IMG/VR virus record: IMGVR_UViG_3300031539_000017 | Source: an uncultured virus (IMG/VR IMGVR_UViG_3300031539_000017) | Taxonomy: Duplodnaviria > Heunggongvirae > Uroviricota > Caudoviricetes | Direction: 5' to 3' (one strand) | Length of the DNA stretch: 64,000 bases | Shown here: positions 27,700 to 37,721 of the stretch, piece after piece | Layout of the letters: every line of letters starts with the position of its first letter | Position numbering within the stretch: position 1 is the first letter of the stretch | Translations under genes and position numbers: made by a program | Notes under the pieces: model-generated | What the model was told of the DNA's origin: nothing | The model's database searches: none | Seen by the model: only the letters and a program-made list of their open reading frames with translations

Positions 27700-28965
27700 A
27701 TGAGTAGGGATACAACACCGACTCTACTGTCACTGGACAGATACGCCAAGTGGCTGGGGCTGGACCCTTTGCACTTCGCGGGGGGATACAGTGCGCTCCG
27801 GCCCGTGGGCACCTGCAACAGTGTGTGGATGCAGTACGATTGGCAGAACGCTAGCCATGTGGGCCGACACCAGATGGCAGACCTCATTGCCAAGGCGGAG
27901 CAAGACATCGCCCTGCACACGGGGTACTGGCCCGCCCTGGTGTGGATCTCGGATGAGTGGCACCCGTATCCCAGGCCGCACCGCCGGGAGCTGTACGGGA
28001 CCGGGCTAACGCGGCGTGGTAACTACAAACCCATGAACCTCAAATGGGGCTACACGTGGTACGGGGGGCAGAGGGCAGTAACAGCCATCGACCCGGCCAA
28101 CGTGACACGGGACGCAGATGTAGACGCTGATGGTGACGGCTTCGCGGAGTGGGCACAGTTCACCATCATCAATGTAGCGACGGATTTCAACGTGTGTCAG
28201 TTGAGGGCGTATTTCAAGGCCTACGCCGCGCTGGACGCAACCAACTGCCGAACTGACCCGGCCAGCGCGGGAGCGGACCCGGCCTGGGAAGTGCAGCCCG
28301 TAACGGCTACGCTATCAGGCACGACGTTGACGGTATTGATCCCGATATGGTGCCTGTTCAAGCCGCAGCTGCAGGAGGCGTTCAACGCGACGGGCATAGA
28401 TGCGGACGCCCCAGCTAGTTATGTGGACACACTCCTGTTCTACCGAGAGTACAATGACCCGTCGGAGCAGGTGCAATTCCTGTGGGGCGAGCCGGGTTGC
28501 AGGACCGCGGCCTGTGCTGTCAGCATACAAGCAGGTTGTTTTGGGGTGCAGGACCCCAGGGAGAGCACCGTGGTCCCGCAGCCTGGGGTGTGGGATGCAA
28601 CTGCTCAATCCTTTACCCTTGCATCGTGGACTGAAGTAAGAGAGCCTGATTCGGTACGTTTCTGGTACCGGGCAGGATATCAGCCAGAGGTGGCCCCAGG
28701 CTGCGATCCGCTGAGCGACTACTGGGCCAACCTGATAGCCATCCTGGCGACGTCCAGGCTGGAGCGGCCCTTGTGTACGTGCTCAGCGGCCAGGACGAAG
28801 GCCGAACTCTGGCGTACAGATGTGACCAGAACCGATGAGGTCAGTTACCAGTTGGGCATGGACGCGCCAGAGTGCCCTCTGGGGCACCGCAGGGGAGAGG
28901 TACACGTGTGGAAGAATATCTCAGGCCGTCCCGGTCTGATTAAGGGGCAGGCCGTACAGTGGTAG
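27700..28965 (+). CDS. Putative head-tail adaptor protein
   Basis: Position; LIAKAEQDI and VRFWYRAGY motifs resemble head completion proteins. Confidence 0.55.
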   Translation: MSRDTTPTLLSLDRYAKWLGLDPLHFAGGYSALRPVGTCNSVWMQYDWQNASHVGRHQMADLIAKAEQDIALHTGYWPALVWISDEWHPYPRPHRRELYGTGLTRRGNYKPMNLKWGYTWYGGQRAVTAIDPANVTRDADVDADGDGFAEWAQFTIINVATDFNVCQLRAYFKAYAALDATNCRTDPASAGADPAWEVQPVTATLSGTTLTVLIPIWCLFKPQLQEAFNATGIDADAPASYVDTLLFYREYNDPSEQVQFLWGEPGCRTAACAVSIQAGCFGVQDPRESTVVPQPGVWDATAQSFTLASWTEVREPDSVRFWYRAGYQPEVAPGCDPLSDYWANLIAILATSRLERPLCTCSAARTKAELWRTDVTRTDEVSYQLGMDAPECPLGHRRGEVHVWKNISGRPGLIKGQAVQW

Positions 28966-28975
28966 GAGGTGGAGA

Positions 28976-30490
28976 ATGAGTAACGGCAATGCAACACCAG
29001 CACAAAAGGGATTCAGCCGTGTGTTCCTCATCGAGGGGAGGGCACGGGGTGACCATGTGCCTGTATACATGGGGTGTATGAGTGCCGGGGGGATAGACTG
29101 GTCCTTGGGTACCGTCTCCAAGATCGATTGTCCCAGCGACCGGCAGTACGATGCGTTTGTGGAGCGGGGGAAGAGCAAGTCGGAATCAGACCGGCCCTCA
29201 AGCTCACTGGTGGGTCGGTATGCGGCGGACCTGGAGAGCACGATGATTCGGCTGGCCAGGACCGGCTGTGCATTTGACCTGCACTATCATTTTGGGGTGT
29301 GCACAGACCCGCAGCTGTTCAACGTCTTCCAGAAGGCCGTTGTATGGGAAGATGTTGACATGACCAAATACTCCACGGACCCCCTCGGTGCCTTGGAGGA
29401 GGGAGACCGCGGAGCGATAAATGAGACCGGGGAGCTATCCGCCAGGGAGTTCTACGAGGTGCTCCCCATGGCCTTCGCAGAGGTGGCGGCGGCCATTGTC
29501 ACCAATGAGATCATGGACGTGGTGGTCTGTGATAGCGTATCATGCGGGGAGTGCGCGGACCAGTCAGGCGGCTGCGAGAGGGTGTACTCAGTCAGCCTGG
29601 CAGCAGGCGGATCACCGGGTACACCTGCTGATGTAGTGTACACGCTGAACGGCGCGGCAGGGCCTTGGGCCACCAGCGAGATCGACTCACTCGGTGCAAC
29701 GGAGGACCCGACGGGGCTGGCATGCCTGGCCGGGTACGTGGTGGTGGTATCAGCAGACTCGTGCTCCCTGCACTACGTACTACAGGCTGATCTGGACACG
29801 GTGGGTGACGAGACCTGGGTGGAGAACCTTGTGGGGTTCGTGGACAAGGGAACGGGAACCTGCCCCTTGGACATCTGGAGCGTGGGCAACTACGCCTTCA
29901 TCTCCGCTGAGGGCGGGTATGTGTACGGCACTGCTGACCCGACAGCGGGTGTGACTATCTTGGAAGCGGGCAACGCGGTGACCAACGCCTTGTGGGCCAT
30001 CCACGCCATGAACCGGAACGTCTGTGTGGCTGTGGGCAGCGCAGGCGCAGTGATCCGGACAGGGAACGGTGGGGACACCTGGCAGCACATGAGCGCGCCT
30101 GTGGGCCTTGGCACGTCCCTACAATCGGTGTGGGTCAAGACCGAGACAGAGTGGTGGGTCGGTTCCAGTGACGGGCGGCTGTTTGAGACCTTGGACGGAG
30201 GCGATACGTGGAACCTGCGGCAGAACTGGGCCGGGGGTGCCGTCAGTGATATCGCGTTCTCCTCGGACAATGTGATGACCGTTTCGCACACCACGGCTGC
30301 CGGGGTGGGGCGGCTACTGCGCAGCTACAACGGCGGTAACAGCTTCGTGGTGCTACCGGAGAGCGCAGGGGCCTTGCCAGCCAGCAGTCGGCTGAACGCC
30401 ATTGCCCTGTGTGAGGATGATGTCAACCAGGTGGTCGCGGTCGGGTTGGACGGCGCCACAGACGGCATCATAATCTGGGGCGAGGACTAG
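28976..30490 (+). CDS. Major tail tube protein with C-terminal beta-propeller
   Basis: Precedes chaperone and tape measure; Asp-box repeats TGNGGDTW, TLDGGDTW, SYNGGNSF. Confidence 0.65.
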   Translation: MSNGNATPAQKGFSRVFLIEGRARGDHVPVYMGCMSAGGIDWSLGTVSKIDCPSDRQYDAFVERGKSKSESDRPSSSLVGRYAADLESTMIRLARTGCAFDLHYHFGVCTDPQLFNVFQKAVVWEDVDMTKYSTDPLGALEEGDRGAINETGELSAREFYEVLPMAFAEVAAAIVTNEIMDVVVCDSVSCGECADQSGGCERVYSVSLAAGGSPGTPADVVYTLNGAAGPWATSEIDSLGATEDPTGLACLAGYVVVVSADSCSLHYVLQADLDTVGDETWVENLVGFVDKGTGTCPLDIWSVGNYAFISAEGGYVYGTADPTAGVTILEAGNAVTNALWAIHAMNRNVCVAVGSAGAVIRTGNGGDTWQHMSAPVGLGTSLQSVWVKTETEWWVGSSDGRLFETLDGGDTWNLRQNWAGGAVSDIAFSSDNVMTVSHTTAAGVGRLLRSYNGGNSFVVLPESAGALPASSRLNAIALCEDDVNQVVAVGLDGATDGIIIWGED

Positions 30491-30633
30491 AAAATACTGA
30501 CCGATAAATCAGCGGTCACTGGGCGTGGAGGGCTAGACCAGTAGGTTCCCTATGAAGCGTCAAGGGGGCATTGATGTAAGACCCTTAGTCCTGAATTGAC
30601 AGGACCTATATTTGGATTTGGGAGGATCTTCCC

Positions 30634-31170
30634 ATGGCAACAAAAGTGAAGCATACCAAGAAGAAGGGCTTGCCGCCTGCTGCATTGGCGGCTATCGAGA
30701 CCGCCAAGGAGATGCACAAGGCAGAGAAGCCCTTGGAGGTGACGCTGATACACGGGGTCACGGCCACGCTGCATGCTGTGGCCCCGTCCCTGATACAAGA
30801 TGTGCAGCTGCGCATCGAGGACCCCAAGGTCCCAGTGGTCTACATCGAGGCCAAGGAGCGGGACGAGGAGAACCCGAACGACCCCTCATACCTAGCTGCA
30901 ATGGATCGGGCGGCGCAAGAGCGTAACGCGGCGGTCATGGACGCCCTAATTATGATGGGCGTAGAGCTGCCCGAGGGGTTCGAGGTGCCGCCGAAGTGGG
31001 TGAAGCGTCTCAAGATACTGGGCTTCGACTTCGATGAGGATGATCCTGACGAGGTGGAGTTCGTCTTCAAGAAGTACCACACTAGCACTAGCGTCATAGC
31101 GACGCTGTCTGTGATGTCGGGTATCCGGGAGGAGGACGTGGCCGCATTCCGCGAGCTTTTTCGCGGTTAA
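30634..31170 (+). CDS. Tail assembly chaperone
   Basis: Between tail tube and tape measure; ends GAG CTT TTT CGC GGT TAA. Confidence 0.7.
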   Translation: MATKVKHTKKKGLPPAALAAIETAKEMHKAEKPLEVTLIHGVTATLHAVAPSLIQDVQLRIEDPKVPVVYIEAKERDEENPNDPSYLAAMDRAAQERNAAVMDALIMMGVELPEGFEVPPKWVKRLKILGFDFDEDDPDEVEFVFKKYHTSTSVIATLSVMSGIREEDVAAFRELFRG

Positions 31171-31432
31171 GCGGCATAGCACACCCATCCGGGACTATCC
31201 CCTCTCGGACGCAGTCAAGACGGGCATCACGGCCAGCGGTCACTTCGTGCAGTGGGAGGCTGCTAACGCGGCGGGCTTGGACCTGTACCTGTGGGACCGG
31301 GGCTTTTATCCCCTGCGGTTCATGGCTAAGGTTCTGGCCTGGCATGAGGATCATGAGCTGATAGAGCAGCACAAACAATCTGCGCTGCTCAAGGACGCGG
31401 AGCGTAAGGCCAAGAAAAAGGGGAAGCGGTAG
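31160..31432 (+). CDS. Frameshift extension of tail assembly chaperone (+1 frame)
   Basis: The +1 frame is open across the slippery site to TAG 31432, which abuts the tape measure start. Confidence 0.55.
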   Translation, partial: FAVKRHSTPIRDYPLSDAVKTGITASGHFVQWEAANAAGLDLYLWDRGFYPLRFMAKVLAWHEDHELIEQHKQSALLKDAERKAKKKGKR

Positions 31433-34024
31433 GTGGCAATAGAGACCATCGGCGTCCGGGTAGTGGTTGAGGGCGCAAACAAGGCGGTCGATGACCTGAA
31501 CAGGGTCAACAAGGCAGCGTCAAGCCTGGGCGGCGCGGCTGCGGCCACTGCTTCCCCTTTGGGTATCCTGGGCAGTGCGCTGGCCAACGTAGGGCAGATC
31601 GCCGCGGGCATCATCAGCGCGCACCTGTTCACCAACCTGGTAGAAGGCCTGAAAAGTGTAGCGTATGAGGCCCTGTTTGGTGCAGGGCGCGTCGAGGAGC
31701 TTGAGGTCATCCTGGAACTCTTAGGCACGCGGGCTGGTTACAGCGCAAGCCAGCTCTACCAGTGGCGTGACGCGATGGTGGACGCGGGTATCCGCAGCGA
31801 CGTAGCCACTAAGAGTATTGCAGAGTTCATTCGTTACCAGATGGACGCGACCAAGGCCGTAGAGCTGGCGGCTGTGGCCCAGGACGCGGCTACCTTTGCA
31901 GCTGAGGATAGCACCGAGGCCCTAGCAGGCCTGATGCACGGTATCCTCACCCAGAGGTCCATCGTCCTACGGACCTACGGCATCATCGTGGACACAAACC
32001 AGGCAATGGAGGACTACAAGGACGTCATCGGCGCGGTTGGCAGGGAATTGACCGCCTCCGAGCGCGTGCAGGCTATGATGAATGCGGTATTAGCCCAAGG
32101 CGTTGCTATCAGCGGGGCCTACGAGGCGGCGATGGGCACCTGGACCAAGATGTGGAGGACGCTGACAGGAAGACTCATCCCGGAGATGATCTGGCAGCTG
32201 GGTGGCCCGTTCCAGCAGGTCATGGGTTCTGCGGTTTTTGCTATCGCCGACTTCGTCAAGGTGCTGACCGCAGCGGTGTCGGAGGGTGGCAGGCTGAGGC
32301 CTATCTTAGATGCGTTAGTTGTGGTCGTCAACAGGCTCCTGGCCCCGGTCATAGCCCTGACCCGCGTGGTAGGCGATTGGCTAGGGACCACGGCGGAGGG
32401 TGCCAAGAAGGTAACCAAGGCCATGGAGGAGATGGCGGGTAAGGTGACCGCAGTACAGGCCCCTAACCTGGCAGCCGCTTTTGAGAGCGGGGCTACGAAG
32501 ATCATTGACGCCAACAGGGATCTCACTAAGTCCATCACCCGCATGTGGGACGATCACAACCGCAGGCTGGTGCAGACTACATTTGATTTCAACCTGGGGC
32601 GGTTGAGGGATGAGCTGGACTGGCAGCGGCGTAGAGAGCGGGGCCTGGAGGAGCATAACCGCAAGATGGCGGACATGTACGCGGAGCTGGATGAGCTGCG
32701 CACGGGCAAGCAACGCCAAGAGATCAAGGCCCAGATGCAGGACGAACAGAAGGACTACGCAACCCAGCGGTCACAGTTCGAGCGGTTGCTGGCTCAGGCG
32801 CAATCCGATGAAGAGAAGCAGCGCATTCAGGGCTGGCTCGATGTACTAGCCATTGAACATCAGGGCAACCAGGAGGCGCTACAAGAAGAGGTAAGCGCCA
32901 TAGATGCTGAGCAAGCAGCTCTGGAGAAGCGCATCGCCTTAGAGGAGAAAGCCTTTAAGGACCGGAGAGCCCTAGAGGCAGAGGATCGGCGCATCCGGTT
33001 GGCCCGTGAGGATGAGGACTTTGCGCGGCGCACGGCCAGGGAAGAGGAAGAGGCGCGGCGCAGGGAGACCTTGCAACGTGAGGAAACCACAGAGCGGATT
33101 GCTCTCATACGGGAGCAGATCGCCGAGGAGAACGCGGCCAAGCTGGCTGCGTACCAGGAGCAGGGGGCGATGCTCACGCAGTCTGTAGGGGAGCAAAAGG
33201 GCATCCTGGAGGAACTGGGCAAGGAGCAGAAGAGTTTGATAGATGAATGGAAGACGACTATAGAAGGCTGGTTTGAAACCATCAAGGATGTTGACTGGAA
33301 GGGATTGGCTGCAGACGTGAGTTCTATCGCTCAGAGCCTCGGTGATATAGCTGGGCCAGCGGCGATTATTACGGGTATTCTAACCACGGGCTATATCAGG
33401 GGCCTGATAACCTCATTCGGTGGCTTTAATCAAGTCCTGAAGGGCACAGGCGATATCGTGCAAGGAATATTCGGCCTTGACATTCCACGTATCTTGACTG
33501 GAACTAAGACGTTTGTCGAGGGCTGGATGATCACCTTTATTGGATTCTTCGGTGGGGCTTTGCAAAGCGTCTATAACCTACTAACAGGCAAGTCAGTCAG
33601 AATTGTAGATGATGTGGTGGATGAATTACGGCGTTTATCTAGTGAAAGCACAAGACTCGGTGGTGAGTTCATAGAAGGCCTCATCCTTGGCATAAATCGT
33701 TGGTGGCAGCAGCTCATAAACCGGGTGAGGGAACTGGCCGAGGCCATCATCTACGAGGTCAAGGTTAGACTACTTATGGGCTCACCATCCAAGGTATTCA
33801 TCGGTATAGGCCAGGAGATCTCACGGAGCTTGGCGGAAGGTATTCGGTCGATGGGGGACCTACCCGCGCTACAGATGGGTCAGGTCACCTTGGGCACCCT
33901 GGCGGCTGTACCTGCGTCAACGACGACCGTTAGCAACAGCTACAACCTCAATATGACCAGTATGGCCCCGGTGTCTACGGTGGTCTCAGACTTCCGGCTG
34001 ATAAAGGTGATCGCGGGGCGGTAG
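31433..34024 (+). CDS. Tape measure protein
   Basis: 863 aa, Ala-rich helical, central charged coiled coil, C-terminal SPSKVF..IG motif. Confidence 0.85.
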   Translation: MAIETIGVRVVVEGANKAVDDLNRVNKAASSLGGAAAATASPLGILGSALANVGQIAAGIISAHLFTNLVEGLKSVAYEALFGAGRVEELEVILELLGTRAGYSASQLYQWRDAMVDAGIRSDVATKSIAEFIRYQMDATKAVELAAVAQDAATFAAEDSTEALAGLMHGILTQRSIVLRTYGIIVDTNQAMEDYKDVIGAVGRELTASERVQAMMNAVLAQGVAISGAYEAAMGTWTKMWRTLTGRLIPEMIWQLGGPFQQVMGSAVFAIADFVKVLTAAVSEGGRLRPILDALVVVVNRLLAPVIALTRVVGDWLGTTAEGAKKVTKAMEEMAGKVTAVQAPNLAAAFESGATKIIDANRDLTKSITRMWDDHNRRLVQTTFDFNLGRLRDELDWQRRRERGLEEHNRKMADMYAELDELRTGKQRQEIKAQMQDEQKDYATQRSQFERLLAQAQSDEEKQRIQGWLDVLAIEHQGNQEALQEEVSAIDAEQAALEKRIALEEKAFKDRRALEAEDRRIRLAREDEDFARRTAREEEEARRRETLQREETTERIALIREQIAEENAAKLAAYQEQGAMLTQSVGEQKGILEELGKEQKSLIDEWKTTIEGWFETIKDVDWKGLAADVSSIAQSLGDIAGPAAIITGILTTGYIRGLITSFGGFNQVLKGTGDIVQGIFGLDIPRILTGTKTFVEGWMITFIGFFGGALQSVYNLLTGKSVRIVDDVVDELRRLSSESTRLGGEFIEGLILGINRWWQQLINRVRELAEAIIYEVKVRLLMGSPSKVFIGIGQEISRSLAEGIRSMGDLPALQMGQVTLGTLAAVPASTTTVSNSYNLNMTSMAPVSTVVSDFRLIKVIAGR

Positions 34025-34136
34025 CCAGTGCGTTGTTAGCGGCGCCCAGGCTGCCCAGGGCAGTTTTTGGGGTGAAATGAGTAATATGTTATGAGGTACG
34101 CTCAATCGGTAGAATCAGGGGACCACCTGAGGCGGT

Positions 34137-34198
34137 TTTTGCGCAAAAACCTGGAGCATCTTTTCTTTTGCGGGCAAAAGGTTCACGGGGGCGATAAT
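34137..34198 (+). promoter_or_regulatory. Bipartite palindromic element copy 4 (A then B) with -10
   Basis: TTTTGCGCAAAA 34137-34148, TTTTGCGGGCAAAA 34166-34179, GATAAT 34193-34198. Confidence 0.8.
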
Positions 34199-34226
34199 AT
34201 GGGCAAAAGAGTTCACGGAGGGCATC

Positions 34227-36596
34227 ATGGTCAAGAAGCGATTGGCTCTTGCGGCTGCCCTGCTGCTGATACTTATGGTGGCAGGGGGTAGGGACATGGG
34301 CATTTGTGACATCAAGTATGAGCTGATAACGCCGGACGGTCAGACGTTCAACTTCATGGGTCCAGGGAGGGCACCGGGATCTGCTGCATCCCTGCAAGCA
34401 CATGAGGGCTTTGGGTTGCCGCCGGTGCGCCACGTTACCCAGGACCTATACGATGTGCCGGGGAACCTCCTGGTGGACGTGGTGGTACAGGGCCGGATAA
34501 TCACCATCACCGAGTCGGCCTACGCCACGGACGCCACGAGGAAGGGGTTGCACAAAGCCTTGGCGGCTATCTGGGACGCTGTGCGTTGGGACCGGGGGGC
34601 CACGAATACCACACCAAGCACCCTACGGTACACAGTGGACGGGAATAGCTGGGACCTGAAGGTAGTGCTCTCAGGGGTTGTAGAGTCACCCCAGGGTCGA
34701 TACGGGAAGAACGAGATCGTGGGCCTGCGTTTTGAGGCACATGACCCGCTATGGTGGGACGACGAAGAGAGCAGCCTGACGTTGGACTGGACCGACGACT
34801 ATTTGGTCCGGTTGGTCCTGAGCAACGTGGACGGCGTTTGGGACAACATGGGACCGCCAGCGGCGATTGCCGCAGGTGCCGGCGGGTTTACCGTGGTCCG
34901 TGGAGTCCAAGTCTCGCCAGATCAACAGTATGTGTATTATGGCGGCGACTTTCAGACGTGGAACAACCTACCGGCGGGCAATCACGTTGTCCGGTGGAAC
35001 ATCGCAACGGAGACCTGGGAGCCGGTGGGCGGGGGCCTGAATAATGCGGTGTGGGGCCTCTACTTTGGGCCTGATGGGACGCTGTACGCCGTTGGGGATT
35101 TTACCAACGGGTCCGGTGGCGTGGGCGATGGGGCTGCCGACTACCTGGCGCGGTACGACCCGCTAACTGACACCTGGGTCAACGTGGGCGGCGGTCCTGG
35201 GGTCGGCGTTGTGACGCGTGTTGAGACCGTCCTAGTGGGCCACGATGGGACCTTGTACGTCGGCGGCGATTATACCGACTGGCAAGGGATCGGCGCGGAC
35301 TACATCGTCTCGTACACGGTGGCGGGCGGTTGGGCGACGTTGGGGGCCGCTGCGCTCGATGCCGAGGTACTCGCGTTGGTCAACCTGCCAAACGGCCACG
35401 TCGTCCTGGGCGGGACTTTCCGAAATATCGGCGCGGTCGCTTATGAGCGCATCGCCGAATGGGACCCGGTGGCCGGGGCCTTTACTACCGTTGGGCCGGG
35501 CTTCTCGGGGCCGGTCTACGCGCTCACTGTCGGGCTAGACGGCAAGCTGTACGCGGGCGGCGTGTTCAACTGGGTTGGCTGGCCCGCCATGATCCTAGAA
35601 GTGTTCAATATCGCTGTTTGGAATGGGACGATATGGTCTAGCATGGACGGCGGCTTTCCAGTCCTGGCCATCGCCGGGATGCAGCTAGTTACGCGGCCTG
35701 ATGGAGACATCTACGCTCTAGGAGGCTTCCAGGACGCAAGCGGGTTGCCGTTGGCTGATTTCGTTGCCCGATGGAATGGGTTTACTTGGATACCGATTGA
35801 CGTTGTGCTTCCAGTGCCGGCAGCTCTGCGGGGGCATCCTCATGTTGCGTTTACGGAATCGAATGATATGTACCTGACAACCGATGCGTTGGCCGTGACG
35901 GTCCCGGTTGGAGCTGACAACAGCGTGGTCAACCTGGGATCGGCTGCCACCTTGCCTGTTATCGAGGTCAAGAATCAAGGCGACGTCTCAATAATCCGCA
36001 GCGAGACCACCGGCGGCGAGCTGGCGTTCAAACCCATGCACCTACAAGACGGCGAGATCGTCATTGTGGACCTGAGCACGGGCCGCAAAACGATCACGTC
36101 GAGCTGGCGGGGCAACCGCCTGGGAGACCTGTTGCCGCCAGGCGTCGGCGGGTTTGAGCTGGAGTCAAACCCCAGGGCGCAGTACGGCGGCGTGGACGGT
36201 GCCAACCTGATAACCGTGTTCATCACGGACGCGGACCCCAGGGAGCACAACGACGACAACAACCAGCTCTCCGGTTGGGCCAACGTCACCGGGATTGAGC
36301 AGACCAACACGGACCTGGGGCGGTTGTACGTGAGCATCGTTTTCGACGGCGTGGACTATCACGTCAATCTATACAGCGATGCGGCCAGGACTGAGCTTGT
36401 GGGCCATACGGCGGACTATGCCGCACCTGGGGCACAGGTGATCGTGGCCGACAACGATTCAGGCCTGGGGGGCAGTATCACCGTGGACGCCGTGGTCGCT
36501 GCGGACGATGACATCGAGGTCTACTTTACCATCGTCACGGCCACCTGGTACAACCGGTGGTGGAGTCTGAGTGAGGCCGTTCTAGCGGCAGAATGA
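34227..36596 (+). CDS. Distal tail protein with inserted beta-propeller (start may be 34296)
   Basis: GFGLPP, FEAHDPLW Dit-like motifs; repeated DGTLYVGGDF blades. Confidence 0.7.
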   Translation: MVKKRLALAAALLLILMVAGGRDMGICDIKYELITPDGQTFNFMGPGRAPGSAASLQAHEGFGLPPVRHVTQDLYDVPGNLLVDVVVQGRIITITESAYATDATRKGLHKALAAIWDAVRWDRGATNTTPSTLRYTVDGNSWDLKVVLSGVVESPQGRYGKNEIVGLRFEAHDPLWWDDEESSLTLDWTDDYLVRLVLSNVDGVWDNMGPPAAIAAGAGGFTVVRGVQVSPDQQYVYYGGDFQTWNNLPAGNHVVRWNIATETWEPVGGGLNNAVWGLYFGPDGTLYAVGDFTNGSGGVGDGAADYLARYDPLTDTWVNVGGGPGVGVVTRVETVLVGHDGTLYVGGDYTDWQGIGADYIVSYTVAGGWATLGAAALDAEVLALVNLPNGHVVLGGTFRNIGAVAYERIAEWDPVAGAFTTVGPGFSGPVYALTVGLDGKLYAGGVFNWVGWPAMILEVFNIAVWNGTIWSSMDGGFPVLAIAGMQLVTRPDGDIYALGGFQDASGLPLADFVARWNGFTWIPIDVVLPVPAALRGHPHVAFTESNDMYLTTDALAVTVPVGADNSVVNLGSAATLPVIEVKNQGDVSIIRSETTGGELAFKPMHLQDGEIVIVDLSTGRKTITSSWRGNRLGDLLPPGVGGFELESNPRAQYGGVDGANLITVFITDADPREHNDDNNQLSGWANVTGIEQTNTDLGRLYVSIVFDGVDYHVNLYSDAARTELVGHTADYAAPGAQVIVADNDSGLGGSITVDAVVAADDDIEVYFTIVTATWYNRWWSLSEAVLAAE

Positions 36597-36608
36597 TTGT
36601 GAGGGGCT

Positions 36609-37721
36609 ATGCCCGCTGAGTACGAGGTACACCTGCTGGAGGCCGCAAGGGACAACCGTCTGGACATCATAGATGACTTCGCGGTCCTGTCTTATGCCCA
36701 GCGGGTCAATGAGATAGGTGCCTTTGGCCTGTCTGTGTGGGCGGACAATTTCAACATCACTTTCGCACACCTGGACGGGCGCATCGTCGTCTGGCGCAAG
36801 CCAGAGGGAGGGCGGCGCTACATCGACTTTGCGGGCTTCATTCGGGGTGTGAAGCGCCAGTATAGGGATGGTAGGCAGCAGGTGATACTCTCCGGTACGG
36901 ACTATAACGACCTCCTGCGTAGGCGCCGGGTGGCTTATGCGGCTACTACCGCAGAGGCCAGGAAGGCGGACCAGGCCGACGATATGATGGTGGAGCTGGT
37001 GAACGAGAACCTGGGGGCTACCGCTGTCGCGGGCCGGGACCTCACGGGGCTGGGGTTCTCCGTAGCGGCTTCACCCTCCGCGGGGACCATCGTGAGGGGC
37101 GACTTCGCCTACGAGAAGCTGCTGGACACGCTACAGGGCATTTCCGATGCCAGTCGGCAGACCCCAACGACACAAGCCTTCTTTGGTATTGTGCCCATCA
37201 ACAGCGGGTGGGAGATGGAGTTTCGCACCAACGTGCCGCAGTGGGGCCAGGACCATAGCCACCCCAACGGAATACACGGACCGGTGGTGTTCTCACAGGA
37301 GTACGAAAACATGGCCAACCCGGAACTAGAGTGGGATAGGCACGATGAGGTAACAGTGGTCTACGGCGGGGGGCGGGGAGAGGACCTGACTAGGCCTGTC
37401 ATAGAGGTGGCGGACACGACCCGTGAGGGCGAGAGCCCACTGAACCGCTGTGAGGGTTTCGAGTCCGTGGATGCGGCCACGACCCTGGAGCTTATTGACG
37501 GGGCCAACGCCAAGCTGGACGAGGGCCGGGGCAAGAGGCGGTTCACCTTTGACGTGGTGGAGATTCCCAGCACGCTCTACGGTCTACATTGGGGGTTTGG
37601 AGATTTAGTGACCGCTGTTTATGGGGGCGAGCAGTGGGACCTGCACGTGGCGGCGGTAGAGGTCACGGTGGAGGGCAAGATAGAGACCATCAAGCCGCGT
37701 TTTGAGGAGTTTGCAGGGTGA
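36609..37721 (+). CDS. Siphovirus tail hub protein (Gp37-like)
   Basis: Follows Dit; VYGGGRGE...R and YGLHWGFGDLVT motifs. Confidence 0.7.
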   Translation: MPAEYEVHLLEAARDNRLDIIDDFAVLSYAQRVNEIGAFGLSVWADNFNITFAHLDGRIVVWRKPEGGRRYIDFAGFIRGVKRQYRDGRQQVILSGTDYNDLLRRRRVAYAATTAEARKADQADDMMVELVNENLGATAVAGRDLTGLGFSVAASPSAGTIVRGDFAYEKLLDTLQGISDASRQTPTTQAFFGIVPINSGWEMEFRTNVPQWGQDHSHPNGIHGPVVFSQEYENMANPELEWDRHDEVTVVYGGGRGEDLTRPVIEVADTTREGESPLNRCEGFESVDAATTLELIDGANAKLDEGRGKRRFTFDVVEIPSTLYGLHWGFGDLVTAVYGGEQWDLHVAAVEVTVEGKIETIKPRFEEFAG

